Virus record (IMG/VR): IMGVR_UViG_3300029240_000001 | Direction: 5' to 3' (one strand) | Length of the DNA stretch: 64,000 nt | Source of the DNA: a virus | In this document: piece by piece, positions 35,369 to 45,045 of the stretch | Layout of the letters: the number at the start of each line of letters is the position of its first letter | How positions within the stretch are numbered: position 1 is the first letter of the stretch | The notes under the pieces: generated by a model | The model's input: only the letters and a program-made list of their open reading frames with translations | What the model was told of the DNA's origin: nothing | Databases searched by the model: none | Position numbers and translations under genes: made by a program

Positions 35369-36343
35369 ATGACAGGCAGGACTGAAAAGGAAATTGCGTC
35401 AACTAAAAAAATGCAAGAAAAACTGAAAGAACTTCCTAAAATCTTTTCTGAATTTTATTATTATATGTGTTCAACAAAATCTTATACAACAGTTGAAAGA
35501 TATATTGCATATGTAAGGGAATTTGCAGAATTCTTGAATGATGGGGACATTCCAAATAACTTTTACAAGAGAGTTACTCCGCTAGATATTAACAAATATT
35601 TTGCGGCAATGAAGAATAAAGAAAGCGCACATGGGCATTATAATACGAGTGACAGTATTCGTGCGACAAAATGGTCTGCGCTGAATACTTTCTTTGGATT
35701 TCTTAAGAGTAATAACTATATTGCAAATAATCCAATGGAGAGAACGGAGCGTCCAAAAGTTCAGGATAGACCAGATGTCGCCTATTTGACAGAAGAAGAG
35801 ATGCAAGCAATTCTAGACAATGTAAACAAACTTGCAAGCACAAAGATGAAAAACAGAGATTTGGCAATTATTATGCTTGGACTTACAACTGGACTTCGTG
35901 TATCAGCACTTACGCAAATTGATATTAGCGATATTGATTTTGAGAATAATACTATCAAGGTTATTGAAAAGCGAGGAAAAACATGTAATATTCTTATTGG
36001 AGATAAGGTAAAGGAACAGCTCGAATTGTGGTTACAAGATAGAAAAAAATATTTTAGCATGACAGATTCCGATGCGCTGTTTATTTCTAGTTTTAAGAAA
36101 AGAATTACTAGAGATGGAATCAGGGTGATTCTAGAGAAATATAGCAAAGATGTTACAAATAAGCATGTTACTCCACATGTACTAAGGCATTCTTGCGCAA
36201 CAAATCTATATGAGAAGACAGGAGATATTTATCTTTGTGCAACAGTGCTAAATCATAAAAATATTGCTACTACCATGAGATATGCAAGTATGTCTAAAGA
36301 TAAAAAACAGAAAGCAGCAAATATTTTGAACGACATGATTTAA
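35369..36343 (+). CDS. tyrosine recombinase/integrase (XerC/D-like)
   Basis: N-terminal SAM-like core-binding region; GLRVSAL, HVLRHSCAT, LNHKNIATTMRY with the catalytic R..HxxR..Y pattern. Confidence 0.85.
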   Translation: MTGRTEKEIASTKKMQEKLKELPKIFSEFYYYMCSTKSYTTVERYIAYVREFAEFLNDGDIPNNFYKRVTPLDINKYFAAMKNKESAHGHYNTSDSIRATKWSALNTFFGFLKSNNYIANNPMERTERPKVQDRPDVAYLTEEEMQAILDNVNKLASTKMKNRDLAIIMLGLTTGLRVSALTQIDISDIDFENNTIKVIEKRGKTCNILIGDKVKEQLELWLQDRKKYFSMTDSDALFISSFKKRITRDGIRVILEKYSKDVTNKHVTPHVLRHSCATNLYEKTGDIYLCATVLNHKNIATTMRYASMSKDKKQKAANILNDMI

Positions 36344-36349
36344 TAACAT

Positions 36350-36378
36350 TTGACAGGGATAATTTTGTACTGTACAAT
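36350..36378 (+). promoter_or_regulatory. sigmaA-type promoter TTGACA-N17-TACAAT whose spacer carries the box in INVERTED orientation
   Basis: TTGACA at 36350-36355, TACAAT at 36373-36378; ATAATTTTGTACTGT at 36359-36373. Confidence 0.55.
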
Positions 36379-36415
36379 ATAAAAGAAATGAAAAACTCAC
36401 AAGGAGTGTGATTAT

Positions 36416-37336
36416 GTGTTCTATAATGAGGAGGTTAAAATACAATTCATAAACGATTATAAGAGAAGTAGAGTCGTTAATGAAACTTCATTAACTGGAA
36501 TGTTTAACAAGATATATAAATATGAAATACAAAATAAAAAAGATTGCAATAATTTTGCAATTGAAGAAATACTGGCCATGTATCGTTGCTTCAAAGCGAA
36601 ATCTGTGCACGTGCTTGAGAATTACAATGTGTATTTAAAAAGCTATGCAGCGTTTTGTATGCATTATGGTTTTGGCATGGAAAACAATTACGCAAATATT
36701 AGTAAGGCCATGCTGCAAGAATGTCTTGATGAAAATATAATTAAACAAAAGTTCTTGACAAGGGAACAGTTTGACGAGGTAGAAGACGAATTATACAACT
36801 ATACAGACAAGGCGTTGCTGGAGTTACTATGGGAAGGCATTAGTGGAAAAAGCATGGAAGATATTGTTTCGTTAAAGAGAAGTATGATAAGTGAAGACAA
36901 ACAATATATTTGTTTTGAAGACGGACGAAAAGTAAAGTTATCTGCAAAATTGTATAATTATTTAGACAAGGCATTTGCAGAAAAAGAATATATGTGCTAT
37001 GGGGTAACTGTTAGAGTTAAACAACTAATTGGAGATGATTGTTTATACAAGGAAATGGATAATGCGTATACAGTAGACTCTGATGACAAGTTTTTCCGTT
37101 GGGTATATAGAAGAATTCAGACATATAGGAAGCACGTAGGATTGCCATTGCTTACTATGAAGACAATTGCGGCGTCAGGGCTTTTATATAAAATTAAACA
37201 AGCAATGGAAAAGAATAATCTTGGGCTAAGAGAATTTTTATATACAGAGGAAGGCAAAGCATTGGCACAGCAATATGGATACAAGTTAAATTCATATGTT
37301 GATGTTATTGCCAACAAGTTTGCAAGTCTGGTGTAG
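36416..37336 (+). CDS. hypothetical protein (306 aa), GTG start
   Basis: AAGGAG 9 nt upstream of the GTG; ends in TAG followed by a hairpin and the box. Confidence 0.6.
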   Translation: MFYNEEVKIQFINDYKRSRVVNETSLTGMFNKIYKYEIQNKKDCNNFAIEEILAMYRCFKAKSVHVLENYNVYLKSYAAFCMHYGFGMENNYANISKAMLQECLDENIIKQKFLTREQFDEVEDELYNYTDKALLELLWEGISGKSMEDIVSLKRSMISEDKQYICFEDGRKVKLSAKLYNYLDKAFAEKEYMCYGVTVRVKQLIGDDCLYKEMDNAYTVDSDDKFFRWVYRRIQTYRKHVGLPLLTMKTIAASGLLYKIKQAMEKNNLGLREFLYTEEGKALAQQYGYKLNSYVDVIANKFASLV

Positions 37337-37372
37337 GCCGTATTATTGCGGTCTATAATTTTCTTTTGTTCA

Positions 37373-37387
37373 ACAATACAAAATTAT
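37373..37387 (+). promoter_or_regulatory. conserved box ACAATACAAAATTAT(AAT)
   Basis: Perfect core; followed by AT-rich TTGTATAATTTTTGTATAAT. Confidence 0.5.
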
Positions 37388-37491
37388 AATTAAAAAATAG
37401 TTGCCGAACATATGTTTTTGTTGTATAATTTTTGTATAATATATAAACAAAGGTAAATTATTTTACATTACAAAAGGGGAGACATAATTTT

Positions 37492-37743
37492 ATGGAAAAG
37501 AAAATTGTAAATGACTTACATAATCTAAATGGTAAGAATGGGGAAATAACAATACATCATGATTGGTATGGAAATCAAAAAATTAGGGGAATTTTCCATA
37601 TTATTGATGATGGAGAAAGGATTGGTGTTAAATTGAAAGATAATGAAATCTTTTTATGGAACAATGAAATTACAAACATTGAGGTAAGTGGAAATTACGC
37701 AATGATCAAAGGGGAGTCCATGCAAATTAAAATCGAAATATAA
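37492..37743 (+). CDS. hypothetical protein (83 aa)
   Basis: AAGGGGAG SD. Confidence 0.6.
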   Translation: MEKKIVNDLHNLNGKNGEITIHHDWYGNQKIRGIFHIIDDGERIGVKLKDNEIFLWNNEITNIEVSGNYAMIKGESMQIKIEI

Positions 37744-37769
37744 AATTTTTCGCTCTCTGATAAAAAAGC

Positions 37770-37831
37770 TTGACAAGACACAATTATTATGGTATAATGC
37801 AATCGTAATGAAAAGTAATACAAAATTATAG
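37770..37831 (+). promoter_or_regulatory. TG-extended sigmaA-type promoter followed 16 nt later by box GTAATACAAAATTATAG
   Basis: TTGACA at 37770-37775, TGGTATAAT ending at 37798, box at 37815-37831. Confidence 0.7.
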
Positions 37832-37867
37832 TCTTTTCAATTGTCAAGAAAGGGGGATGAATAATGA

Positions 37868-38077
37868 ATGAAATCAGAGAGCGTCAATGTTCAATGCCAG
37901 AAATGTGGAACAATTTTTCAGGTTGATGAACGAAATAATTATATTGAGTATTTATATATACAAGCGAAATGTCCATGCTGTGAGCACGAAAATGATATGT
38001 TGAATATAGGGAAAGACATTTTAGATAAATACACATATTATAATGTGGTCATGGATGAAAGATATTATAGGTATTAA
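37868..38077 (+). CDS. zinc-ribbon protein (69 aa)
   Basis: CQKCG...CPCCE; AAGGGGGA SD. Confidence 0.6.
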   Translation: MKSESVNVQCQKCGTIFQVDERNNYIEYLYIQAKCPCCEHENDMLNIGKDILDKYTYYNVVMDERYYRY

Positions 38078-38092
38078 TTTTTATTTTATTAA

Positions 38093-38109
38093 ACAATACA
38101 AAATTATAG
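38093..38109 (+). promoter_or_regulatory. conserved box ACAATACAAAATTATAG
   Basis: Perfect core; SD AAAGGAG 4 nt downstream. Confidence 0.6.
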
Positions 38110-38129
38110 GAAAAGGAGACTAATAAGAC

Positions 38130-39203
38130 ATGGCAAACAAACTTTTTGAACTTCCACAAACCAAGGGAACCTTTCAGGTTAGAGGAATTGTAAGCGGAGT
38201 AGAGAAGGATAACTTCTATACAGAAAAGAAGACCAAGACAGGCAAGGATTTCCGTATGGTTAACTTTGGCGTAGAATATGAAGACAAGAAGACAATTTAT
38301 CCTTCGCTTAATGGTATGCCGCGCGATAAGGTATATTTTAGTAAGAAGGATGAAGATGGCAAGACAGAAGTAAAGGCAATTGCTTGGAAGGATAGAATTA
38401 AGAATGCACCAGAGGGATATCGTATGATTGGTGTACTGACTGGGCTTAAGAAAGTTCCGGGAGAGAATGGAAAGCTCAAGAATGACAATCATTATAGAAC
38501 AGAATATGATGCATGTGAATATATTAATGAAAATCTTAATGATGGTGATTCTGTTTTTGTTAAAGGAAATCTAGAATTTGGCAGTTATACTAACAAAGAT
38601 GGGGAAGTCTCTCGTACCACAAAGTTTGTTCCAACACAGGTTTCTCTATGTCAGAAGGATGTTGACTTTGAGGCGGAAGATTATGCTCCCGCTCATGATT
38701 TTACGCAGACGATTATTTTTGTTGGTATTGATCAGGAAAGAGAAAACGACAAGCCAACTGGTCGATTTGTAGTTGATGCAAAGATTGTGAATTATAACTC
38801 TATTGAGTCTGCTGAATTTATTATTGAAGATGCAAAGCTCGCAAAGCAGATGCGCAGTGGGCTAAAGCCTTATAATTCCATTCAGGTTCATGGGCACATC
38901 AATGTTGTTAATAATGTTGAAGACATGAATGATGAGGAAGATGATGATTGCTGGGGCGAATCTAATGATATGGACAATAAGAGAGTTTTTGCACCGACTC
39001 ATCGAGAACTTATTATTACAGGTGCAAAGCCATCAACTATTGACAAAGACACATATACTGAAAAGGCAATTGATGAGGCAATTAAGAAGGTAAATGCAGC
39101 AAAGAAAGCAGAACAGGATTTCACTGGTAAGGCAGAGTCAACATCCAATGTAGATGATGATTGGGGCGACGATGCATCTGACGATGAAGATGAGCCATGG
39201 TAA
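38130..39203 (+). CDS. single-stranded-DNA-binding protein candidate (long phage type)
   Basis: 357 aa; acidic C-terminal tip DDDWGDDASDDEDEPW resembles the SSB protein-interaction tail; sits at the head of the replication module. Confidence 0.5.
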   Translation: MANKLFELPQTKGTFQVRGIVSGVEKDNFYTEKKTKTGKDFRMVNFGVEYEDKKTIYPSLNGMPRDKVYFSKKDEDGKTEVKAIAWKDRIKNAPEGYRMIGVLTGLKKVPGENGKLKNDNHYRTEYDACEYINENLNDGDSVFVKGNLEFGSYTNKDGEVSRTTKFVPTQVSLCQKDVDFEAEDYAPAHDFTQTIIFVGIDQERENDKPTGRFVVDAKIVNYNSIESAEFIIEDAKLAKQMRSGLKPYNSIQVHGHINVVNNVEDMNDEEDDDCWGESNDMDNKRVFAPTHRELIITGAKPSTIDKDTYTEKAIDEAIKKVNAAKKAEQDFTGKAESTSNVDDDWGDDASDDEDEPW

Positions 39204-39213
39204 GAATTCATAA

Positions 39214-39258
39214 GTCTAGGGAAGAATTAAATCTTCCCTAGACAATACTAAATTATAG
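39214..39258 (+). promoter_or_regulatory. 11-bp-stem hairpin overlapping box variant ACAATACTAAATTATAG
   Basis: GTCTAGGGAAG/CTTCCCTAGAC at 39214-39243; box core at 39242-39256. Confidence 0.55.
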
Positions 39259-39276
39259 ACAGCGAAGTGATGACAG

Positions 39277-40287
39277 ATGGAAGAATTAAAAGAAATGAAT
39301 TCTTCCGTTGATGGGCTACAAGATACAATATATACGGAAGTAAAAGATCCATATGGATTCATTTATATCACAACGAATTTGATTGATGGCAAAAGATATT
39401 TAGGCCAAAGAAAATTCTATGGAAATTGGCAAGAATATCTTGGTAGTGGTGCAGCATTTAAACAAGCAATTGACAAATATGGAAAAGAAAATTTTGTAAG
39501 AAATGTAATTGATATTGCTTATTCTGCAGAAGAATTAAATGAAAAGGAATACCATTATAGTGTTTTCTTTAATGCTGTTGAATCTAACAATTGGTATAAT
39601 CTTGTTTATGGTGGAGGAACAACGCAAGGATGGACTCCAAGTAAAGAAACAAGAAAAAAGATATCAAAAGCTGCAAAAGAAAGACTTTCAGATCCAAATA
39701 ATCATCCAATGTATGGAAGAGTAGGATTAGTAGGCGAGAATAATCCCCAGTTTAAAGTTTCTCCAAAAGAACGCATGGATGAAGAAACATATAAACAATG
39801 GTATGAAAAACATAAATTATATTGGGCAAATCCAACAACTAAAGGCAAACATATATGGATAGGAAAACAACATCCCAGTTTAGGTAAAAAATTGTCAGAT
39901 GAACAAAAATTGAATCTATCAGAAAAAGCAAAAGAAAGATTTATAAATTCAAGCAATCATCCAATGTACGGAAAACATCACACAGAAGAAGCAAAGCAAA
40001 AGATGAGTGATTCTCGTAAAGGGAGTAATTGGTGGAAGTGTAGAAGAATATATTGTATAGAATTAAATCAAATTTTTTGGGGAGCAAAAGAAGTACAAAA
40101 TTTATATGGATTTGATCCAAGCTCTATTACAAAGTGCTGTAGAGGTAAACAAAATTATACGTATAAACATCCACAAACAGGCGAGGCATTGCATTGGTTG
40201 TATGCGGAAGATGCAATTGAAAAAGGATATATCACACAAGAAGAGTTAGATAGATATATAAATAGTTTAAAAGGTAAAGGAGACTGA
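39277..40287 (+). CDS. GIY-YIG homing endonuclease with NUMOD3 repeats and C-terminal NUMOD1-like HTH
   Basis: GFIYITTN...KRYLGQ (GIY...YIG), three HPMYG/HPSLGK...K.K.S repeats, C-terminal IYCIELNQIFWGAKEV...SITKCCRGK. Confidence 0.8.
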   Translation: MEELKEMNSSVDGLQDTIYTEVKDPYGFIYITTNLIDGKRYLGQRKFYGNWQEYLGSGAAFKQAIDKYGKENFVRNVIDIAYSAEELNEKEYHYSVFFNAVESNNWYNLVYGGGTTQGWTPSKETRKKISKAAKERLSDPNNHPMYGRVGLVGENNPQFKVSPKERMDEETYKQWYEKHKLYWANPTTKGKHIWIGKQHPSLGKKLSDEQKLNLSEKAKERFINSSNHPMYGKHHTEEAKQKMSDSRKGSNWWKCRRIYCIELNQIFWGAKEVQNLYGFDPSSITKCCRGKQNYTYKHPQTGEALHWLYAEDAIEKGYITQEELDRYINSLKGKGD

Positions 40288-40294
40288 TATTATT

Positions 40295-41371
40295 ATGGCT
40301 TTATGGAAGAAAAATGAGGTAACAGTAGATATTACTAACTATCGCCACTATTGGAGAGCACCAAAAAAATGGGGCAAAACTACATTGTTTGCAAATTTAA
40401 TTAAAGAACTATATGGCGACATGAGTCATGGCCTATTGATTAGCTGTGGAAATGAGAGAGGTTATCTTGCTCTTGACAATCTAATGGTTGCTGATTGCCC
40501 AGATTGGTCTACACTAATGGAAGTCGTTGACGAACTAGTAGAAAATAAGGACGAAAATTCGTTTTCTATTATTGCATTTGATACCGTTGACGAATGGATT
40601 TCTATGGCTCAAAAGGAAATTGTGCGTCTTGACTATAAGAAGTCTGGCACCAAGCATGAATTTAATGCGTGTTTTGGAGGTTATGGAGCTGGGCGTAGAA
40701 AAGTGGATGAGCTAATTAATTCCGTTATTACCAGACTAGAATCTAGTGGGTACTGTCTAGTGTTTATTGGGCACACTAAGATTAAGGATATTAAAGAGAA
40801 AAATGGCGATGAATACCAGATGCTTACATCTAATCTTTCAACAGATTATGATTCGATTTTTGCTAACAAGGCAGATATTTGTATGATGGGTGTTATTGAA
40901 AGAGAAATTACTGATGGGCATGTAGATGGTGTTAGCAGATGGATGTACTTTCGTGGAAATGGATATATTGATGCAGGTGGTAGATTTGAAGATATTGCTG
41001 ACAGAGTAGAAGTTTCTGCAAAGAATTATATTGCTACTGTCAAGGATGCAATTAAGAATTCTATTAAGTCTCATGACGCAACAGACGAATATATTGAGAG
41101 CAAATCAAAGCAGGAGAAAAAAGAAAAGGAAGACTATTATAATTCACATAAAGAGGATCTAATGGAAACAGACGAGTTGGATGTGGAAATTAGAAAAGAC
41201 GAAGAATGCAAGAACCTTAAGGCAGAAATTAAGGGAGTTCTGTTATCTCTTTCTCCTGAAGACAAGAAAGCCAAACGTGCTGCCCTAAAGGAAGCAGGTC
41301 TTCCAGACCAGTTCGCCAAGGTTACAGACATTGCTATTCTAAACCAGATTCTTGAAGTAGTTTCACAGTAA
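40295..41371 (+). CDS. Sak4-like / AAA_24-type RecA-fold ATPase
   Basis: Walker A APKKWGKTT, Walker B IIAFDTVDEW; position next to the SSB-like and helicase-like genes. Confidence 0.6.
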   Translation: MALWKKNEVTVDITNYRHYWRAPKKWGKTTLFANLIKELYGDMSHGLLISCGNERGYLALDNLMVADCPDWSTLMEVVDELVENKDENSFSIIAFDTVDEWISMAQKEIVRLDYKKSGTKHEFNACFGGYGAGRRKVDELINSVITRLESSGYCLVFIGHTKIKDIKEKNGDEYQMLTSNLSTDYDSIFANKADICMMGVIEREITDGHVDGVSRWMYFRGNGYIDAGGRFEDIADRVEVSAKNYIATVKDAIKNSIKSHDATDEYIESKSKQEKKEKEDYYNSHKEDLMETDELDVEIRKDEECKNLKAEIKGVLLSLSPEDKKAKRAALKEAGLPDQFAKVTDIAILNQILEVVSQ

Positions 41372-41384
41372 GGAGACATAACAA

Positions 41385-42050
41385 ATGAGCGCCACTTTAA
41401 TTAGAAAATGCGCGTTCTGTGGGGAAGATATTGTTTTAACAAAGAATGATATGCATATGGTTTCTTATAAACAGAAAAGCTATCATACTGAATGTTTTAA
41501 AACAATGTGTAATGGGCGAGTACTAAAAAACAACAGGTACTCGTCCATTTATTCAGATGCCTTACAGAATTTAGATCAACTAGAATCAGAAGCAAAAAAG
41601 AAATTAATGCATCGTTTTGTGCAAGACGAATTCAATGAGTATTTGATTGTACATTATGATGTTGGGGCATTAAGTCGTCGTTTTTGGTCAATTATTGCAG
41701 ACGTTCAATCTGGAAAATATAATGGAAGACGGTGCAAGCCAATTGAATTAGAAACATTGTTTGATATGTGGAAGGACTATCAGAAAGAACTAGACAAAAC
41801 AAATGCATGGAACAAGCGTCATGGCAAGGTGATTGATGGAGAGGTAAGAGTTAACTATGATCTTGCTATTTTAATGAGTAATTATGTAAAATATTCAAAA
41901 GCCAAGGAAAAAGCAAAGAAAGAAGCAGAAGAGAAAGAGAAACAAAGTCGCGTTAAAAAGAGTGTAAACATTGATTATAGCAAAATTAAAGCAGTTGAAC
42001 AGAATGATGGATTAGGGGATATTAGCGATCTTTTGGAAGACTTAATTTGA
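41385..42050 (+). CDS. hypothetical zinc-finger protein (possible helicase loader/replication organiser)
   Basis: CAFCG...H..C at the N-terminus, Lys/Glu-rich tail; function inferred only from its position before the helicase gene. Confidence 0.4.
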   Translation: MSATLIRKCAFCGEDIVLTKNDMHMVSYKQKSYHTECFKTMCNGRVLKNNRYSSIYSDALQNLDQLESEAKKKLMHRFVQDEFNEYLIVHYDVGALSRRFWSIIADVQSGKYNGRRCKPIELETLFDMWKDYQKELDKTNAWNKRHGKVIDGEVRVNYDLAILMSNYVKYSKAKEKAKKEAEEKEKQSRVKKSVNIDYSKIKAVEQNDGLGDISDLLEDLI

Positions 42051-42064
42051 TAGGAAGTGAAAAT

Positions 42065-43594
42065 ATGGAACTTGAATTAACTAATAGCCAGTCCGAAATG
42101 CTGGTAGTTGGATCGTTTTATAAAGAGCCAACATTATATCTAACATATGGAACCTCAATTGTCCCAAAATATGATTTTTCGGACAAGGCATGTGAGTTTT
42201 TTTATCAGTTATTTTCTGATTATTATGTTTCATATTCTGAAGATTTTACCGAATTGAAAATTAATACGTTCTGCAGCATGTCTAAAGAGCGTTTTAAACA
42301 ATATAGACAGTATGGTGGATATAAGACAATTAAAGAATTAATGGCAATGAGCGACCCTCATGATATTAAGAATTATCTTTCAATATTTAAGAAGTTTTCA
42401 TTGCTAAGAGCTTTTAATGAGACTGGATATGATGTATCAAAAATTTTGGCAATTAAGAATTTCAATGCATTAACGCCAGATGATATTTGTAGAATTGTTC
42501 GTGGCCGAATTGATAAGGTAGCTAATAAAGTACAAGCAATTGATGAACCTGTTGTTCTTACAGAAAACGCAGTTTCATGTATTGATCAATTCCTATGCAT
42601 GCCATCTATGGGCGTTGCTGGGCCATGGCCATATCTTCAGAAGTATTATAGAGGATTGCTTCCCGGAAACGTTTTGATGACAGGAGCTTTGAGCAATAGC
42701 GGTAAGGGCAGAAATCTCGTTTATCTTATTGCGTATTTAGTTCTTGTTCAAAAGCAAAAAATTCTATTGCTTGCAAACGAAATGTCGGCAGAGAGCATTA
42801 AATTGAACTTTTTAGTTACATGTATTAATTCTCCAGAGATTCAAGAACTACATGGAATTAAAGATGTTTATAAACCAGAAAGAGAAATTGCACTCGGATC
42901 ATATAAAGATGATAACGGAAAGTACATTTATAGACAAATGGATGATAATGGAGTGTATACAGAAGATGAAGAGTCTTATAAAAAGAGAATTTATGAAACC
43001 TCTTCCGAATATCGTAAGGTGCAACGAATTATGCAATGGGTTGAATCTGAAAGTAGTGGAAAATTCTTGTTTAAGAATATCGGCTCTTGCTATGAAGATG
43101 AAGTACTTGAAATGGAAATTAAAAAAGCCAACACAATTTACAAATGTGATGGTGTAGCATACGATACACTTAAATGTTCTGGACTTGAGGACTTTGCAAA
43201 GCTGGCCGCAACTGCTACAAAAATTACAGAGTGGATTCATGAAACAAAAATGTATTGTATTTGCACCTTCCAGCTTACAGATTCTGCGCATGATATCCCT
43301 ATTGAAGACTTAAATTCTCAGGAGATTGCATGTTCAAAGAGAATGATGCATGTTACTGACCAAATGCAAATGTGGAAGCATTTATCAGCAGATGATAAGC
43401 AAAACTATGTATATTTCTGTGAAGATGATACTTGGGGAGAACCAATAGAACATGATTTAAGATATGATAAAAATTATGTTGGATTAAGAATTGTAAAGAA
43501 CAGAGTTGGTTCTAAGAATGATTTGATCTGCTTTGAAGTAGATATGGACGGAAATGTTTGGAAAGAAATTGGTGTGCTTAAGAAGAAAATGTAA
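42065..43594 (+). CDS. DnaB-like replicative helicase candidate
   Basis: Start moved to MELELTNSQ; N-terminal SEMLVVGSFYKEP like the DnaB N-domain; degenerate P-loop GALSNSGKG; Walker-B-like GVAYDTL. Confidence 0.5.
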   Translation: MELELTNSQSEMLVVGSFYKEPTLYLTYGTSIVPKYDFSDKACEFFYQLFSDYYVSYSEDFTELKINTFCSMSKERFKQYRQYGGYKTIKELMAMSDPHDIKNYLSIFKKFSLLRAFNETGYDVSKILAIKNFNALTPDDICRIVRGRIDKVANKVQAIDEPVVLTENAVSCIDQFLCMPSMGVAGPWPYLQKYYRGLLPGNVLMTGALSNSGKGRNLVYLIAYLVLVQKQKILLLANEMSAESIKLNFLVTCINSPEIQELHGIKDVYKPEREIALGSYKDDNGKYIYRQMDDNGVYTEDEESYKKRIYETSSEYRKVQRIMQWVESESSGKFLFKNIGSCYEDEVLEMEIKKANTIYKCDGVAYDTLKCSGLEDFAKLAATATKITEWIHETKMYCICTFQLTDSAHDIPIEDLNSQEIACSKRMMHVTDQMQMWKHLSADDKQNYVYFCEDDTWGEPIEHDLRYDKNYVGLRIVKNRVGSKNDLICFEVDMDGNVWKEIGVLKKKM

Positions 43595-43625
43595 AGATTC
43601 ATTGGATAAATTTTAATATTATGGC

Positions 43626-43652
43626 TTGACAAATTTAAAATTATATGATAAT
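43626..43652 (+). promoter_or_regulatory. sigmaA-type promoter (TTGACA, -10 GATAAT, short spacer) with degenerate box
   Basis: TTGACAAATTTAAAATTATATGATAAT. Confidence 0.45.
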
Positions 43653-43714
43653 TTACAGGCAGTTCAAGATAACGGTTTATAAGAGAGATGCGCCAGATGG
43701 AGGGTGTTATTAAA

Positions 43715-43882
43715 ATGAGTTTTGATAATCGGGTTGTGATTGTAAGTAATTATGCAACTGAAGCACTTAATAATGAACTGAGCTATTGGGGTGATCGTGG
43801 ATTCAGGCTAGTTTCTACTGAAATGGCAGCGAATACATGTGGCGTTACAGTTATGTATCTATTTTTTACAAAAGAGGCATAA
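43715..43882 (+). CDS. small protein (55 aa), DUF4177-like
   Basis: Start moved to MSFDNRVV (GGAGGG SD); ...LSYWGDRGFRLVS... resembles DUF4177 (weak recall). Confidence 0.45.
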   Translation: MSFDNRVVIVSNYATEALNNELSYWGDRGFRLVSTEMAANTCGVTVMYLFFTKEA

Positions 43883-43887
43883 GATAA

Positions 43888-44088
43888 ATGGATAGATGCG
43901 GAACATGCAAGCATTATATTGGTTGTGGAGATTGGAATTTATGCTGTGATATTCCACATCCGACCCCTAAAGAAAAAGAAATGGGGATGACTTTTATATT
44001 TGGGCATTTGTGTTATGAGGACACAAGTGCTTGTGACATGTACGAGCCGAAAGGAGCAAACTATGTTAATGAAAATTGCACATCATAA
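43888..44088 (+). CDS. small Cys-rich protein (66 aa)
   Basis: CGTCKHYIGCGDWNLCC. Confidence 0.55.
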   Translation: MDRCGTCKHYIGCGDWNLCCDIPHPTPKEKEMGMTFIFGHLCYEDTSACDMYEPKGANYVNENCTS

Positions 44089-44332
44089 TGATGGAAAGGA
44101 AAAGTTTCAATCACATACTTGTTATTTATTTAATGATTCTGATAGATATCATAATTTTGACTTAACAAATATTTATGGATATGGCGAAACAAAAGAAGAA
44201 GCTATAGAAAACTTAAAGAAAAAACTTGCATATTATTTTGACGAGCTTCATGCGCTAGAAGAGATGCTTTATGAAACAGATGTGCTCGACAACGATATTG
44301 TTGAAGTTGATTGTTTAGGAAGAAAGATTTAG
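44063..44332 (+). CDS. hypothetical protein (89 aa)
   Basis: Start moved to MLMKIAHH (AAAGGAG SD); overlaps the upstream gene by 26 nt. Confidence 0.5.
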   Translation: MLMKIAHHNDGKEKFQSHTCYLFNDSDRYHNFDLTNIYGYGETKEEAIENLKKKLAYYFDELHALEEMLYETDVLDNDIVEVDCLGRKI

Positions 44333-44427
44333 TGTATGTGGTGGCAAGATGGAGATTGTATTTGTAACACGGTAGTAAAATTACTTGGATTACTTGCGAA
44401 TAGTATGGCATATTTAAAAAGTGCCAC

Positions 44428-44456
44428 TTGACAAACAGCAATTCTTGTGATATAAT
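44428..44456 (+). promoter_or_regulatory. strong TG-extended sigmaA-type promoter (cassette 1)
   Basis: TTGACA-N17-TATAAT with TGA before the -10. Confidence 0.75.
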
Positions 44457-44509
44457 CCAAGCATAGTTAAAAGAAGTCAATATGTGATTCAAAAAAACGA
44501 AAAAAGCTA

Positions 44510-44573
44510 TTGACAAACAGAAAAACATATGGTATAATTCAAGCATAAGTCAAAAGACAATACAAAATTATTT
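44510..44573 (+). promoter_or_regulatory. strong TG-extended sigmaA-type promoter (cassette 2) followed by the conserved box
   Basis: TTGACA at 44510-44515, TATAAT at 44533-44538, box core at 44557-44571. Confidence 0.75.
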
Positions 44574-44597
44574 AAAAAAGAAAGGACAAAAGAAAAA

Positions 44598-44942
44598 ATG
44601 GCTATTCAGTATTATAGCAACCCAAACACGAAGGAAACGTTCGCCGTTCTAAGAGGAACTGAGCTTGATGCAATTAATAAGATTGATAAGTTTCTCAATG
44701 AGTTTGACTGTTATATGATTCGTGAGAAGTACATGATGCCTAAGCAGTTTAAGGTTAAGGTCAAGCTTGCGAAAGGTGATGTGTACGACGAGGAGAAGGG
44801 CAAGATGCTTGCAAAGGAAAAGCTTATGAAGAAGTATTATAGTGCTTTTGATAAGCGAATTGATATGTTTAGAGCAGATCTGATTGCACTAAACAGTCGT
44901 GTATTTGAAACTCCAGTAGAAATTCTTGAAAATACCCCTTGA
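44598..44942 (+). CDS. hypothetical protein (114 aa), likely strongly expressed early gene
   Basis: AAAGGA SD; two tandem consensus promoters upstream. Confidence 0.65.
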   Translation: MAIQYYSNPNTKETFAVLRGTELDAINKIDKFLNEFDCYMIREKYMMPKQFKVKVKLAKGDVYDEEKGKMLAKEKLMKKYYSAFDKRIDMFRADLIALNSRVFETPVEILENTP

Positions 44943-44967
44943 CAATATGAAATTATTGTGGTATAAT
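44939..44967 (+). promoter_or_regulatory. strong TG-extended sigmaA-type promoter (cassette 3)
   Basis: TTGACA overlaps the stop of the upstream gene; N17; TATAAT. Confidence 0.75.
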
Positions 44968-45045
44968 CCAGAATGTAGTCAAGAGAGAGCCAACTTGATT
45001 GATTGAGCCGCTTGAATACATAAAAAGAAAAACCACAAGATGTAC

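Noticed and set aside
44330-44428. 32 open codons after the TAG stop of the 44063-44332 gene
   Set aside because: The length is within chance expectation. The frame runs into a promoter -35 and has no coding-like features.
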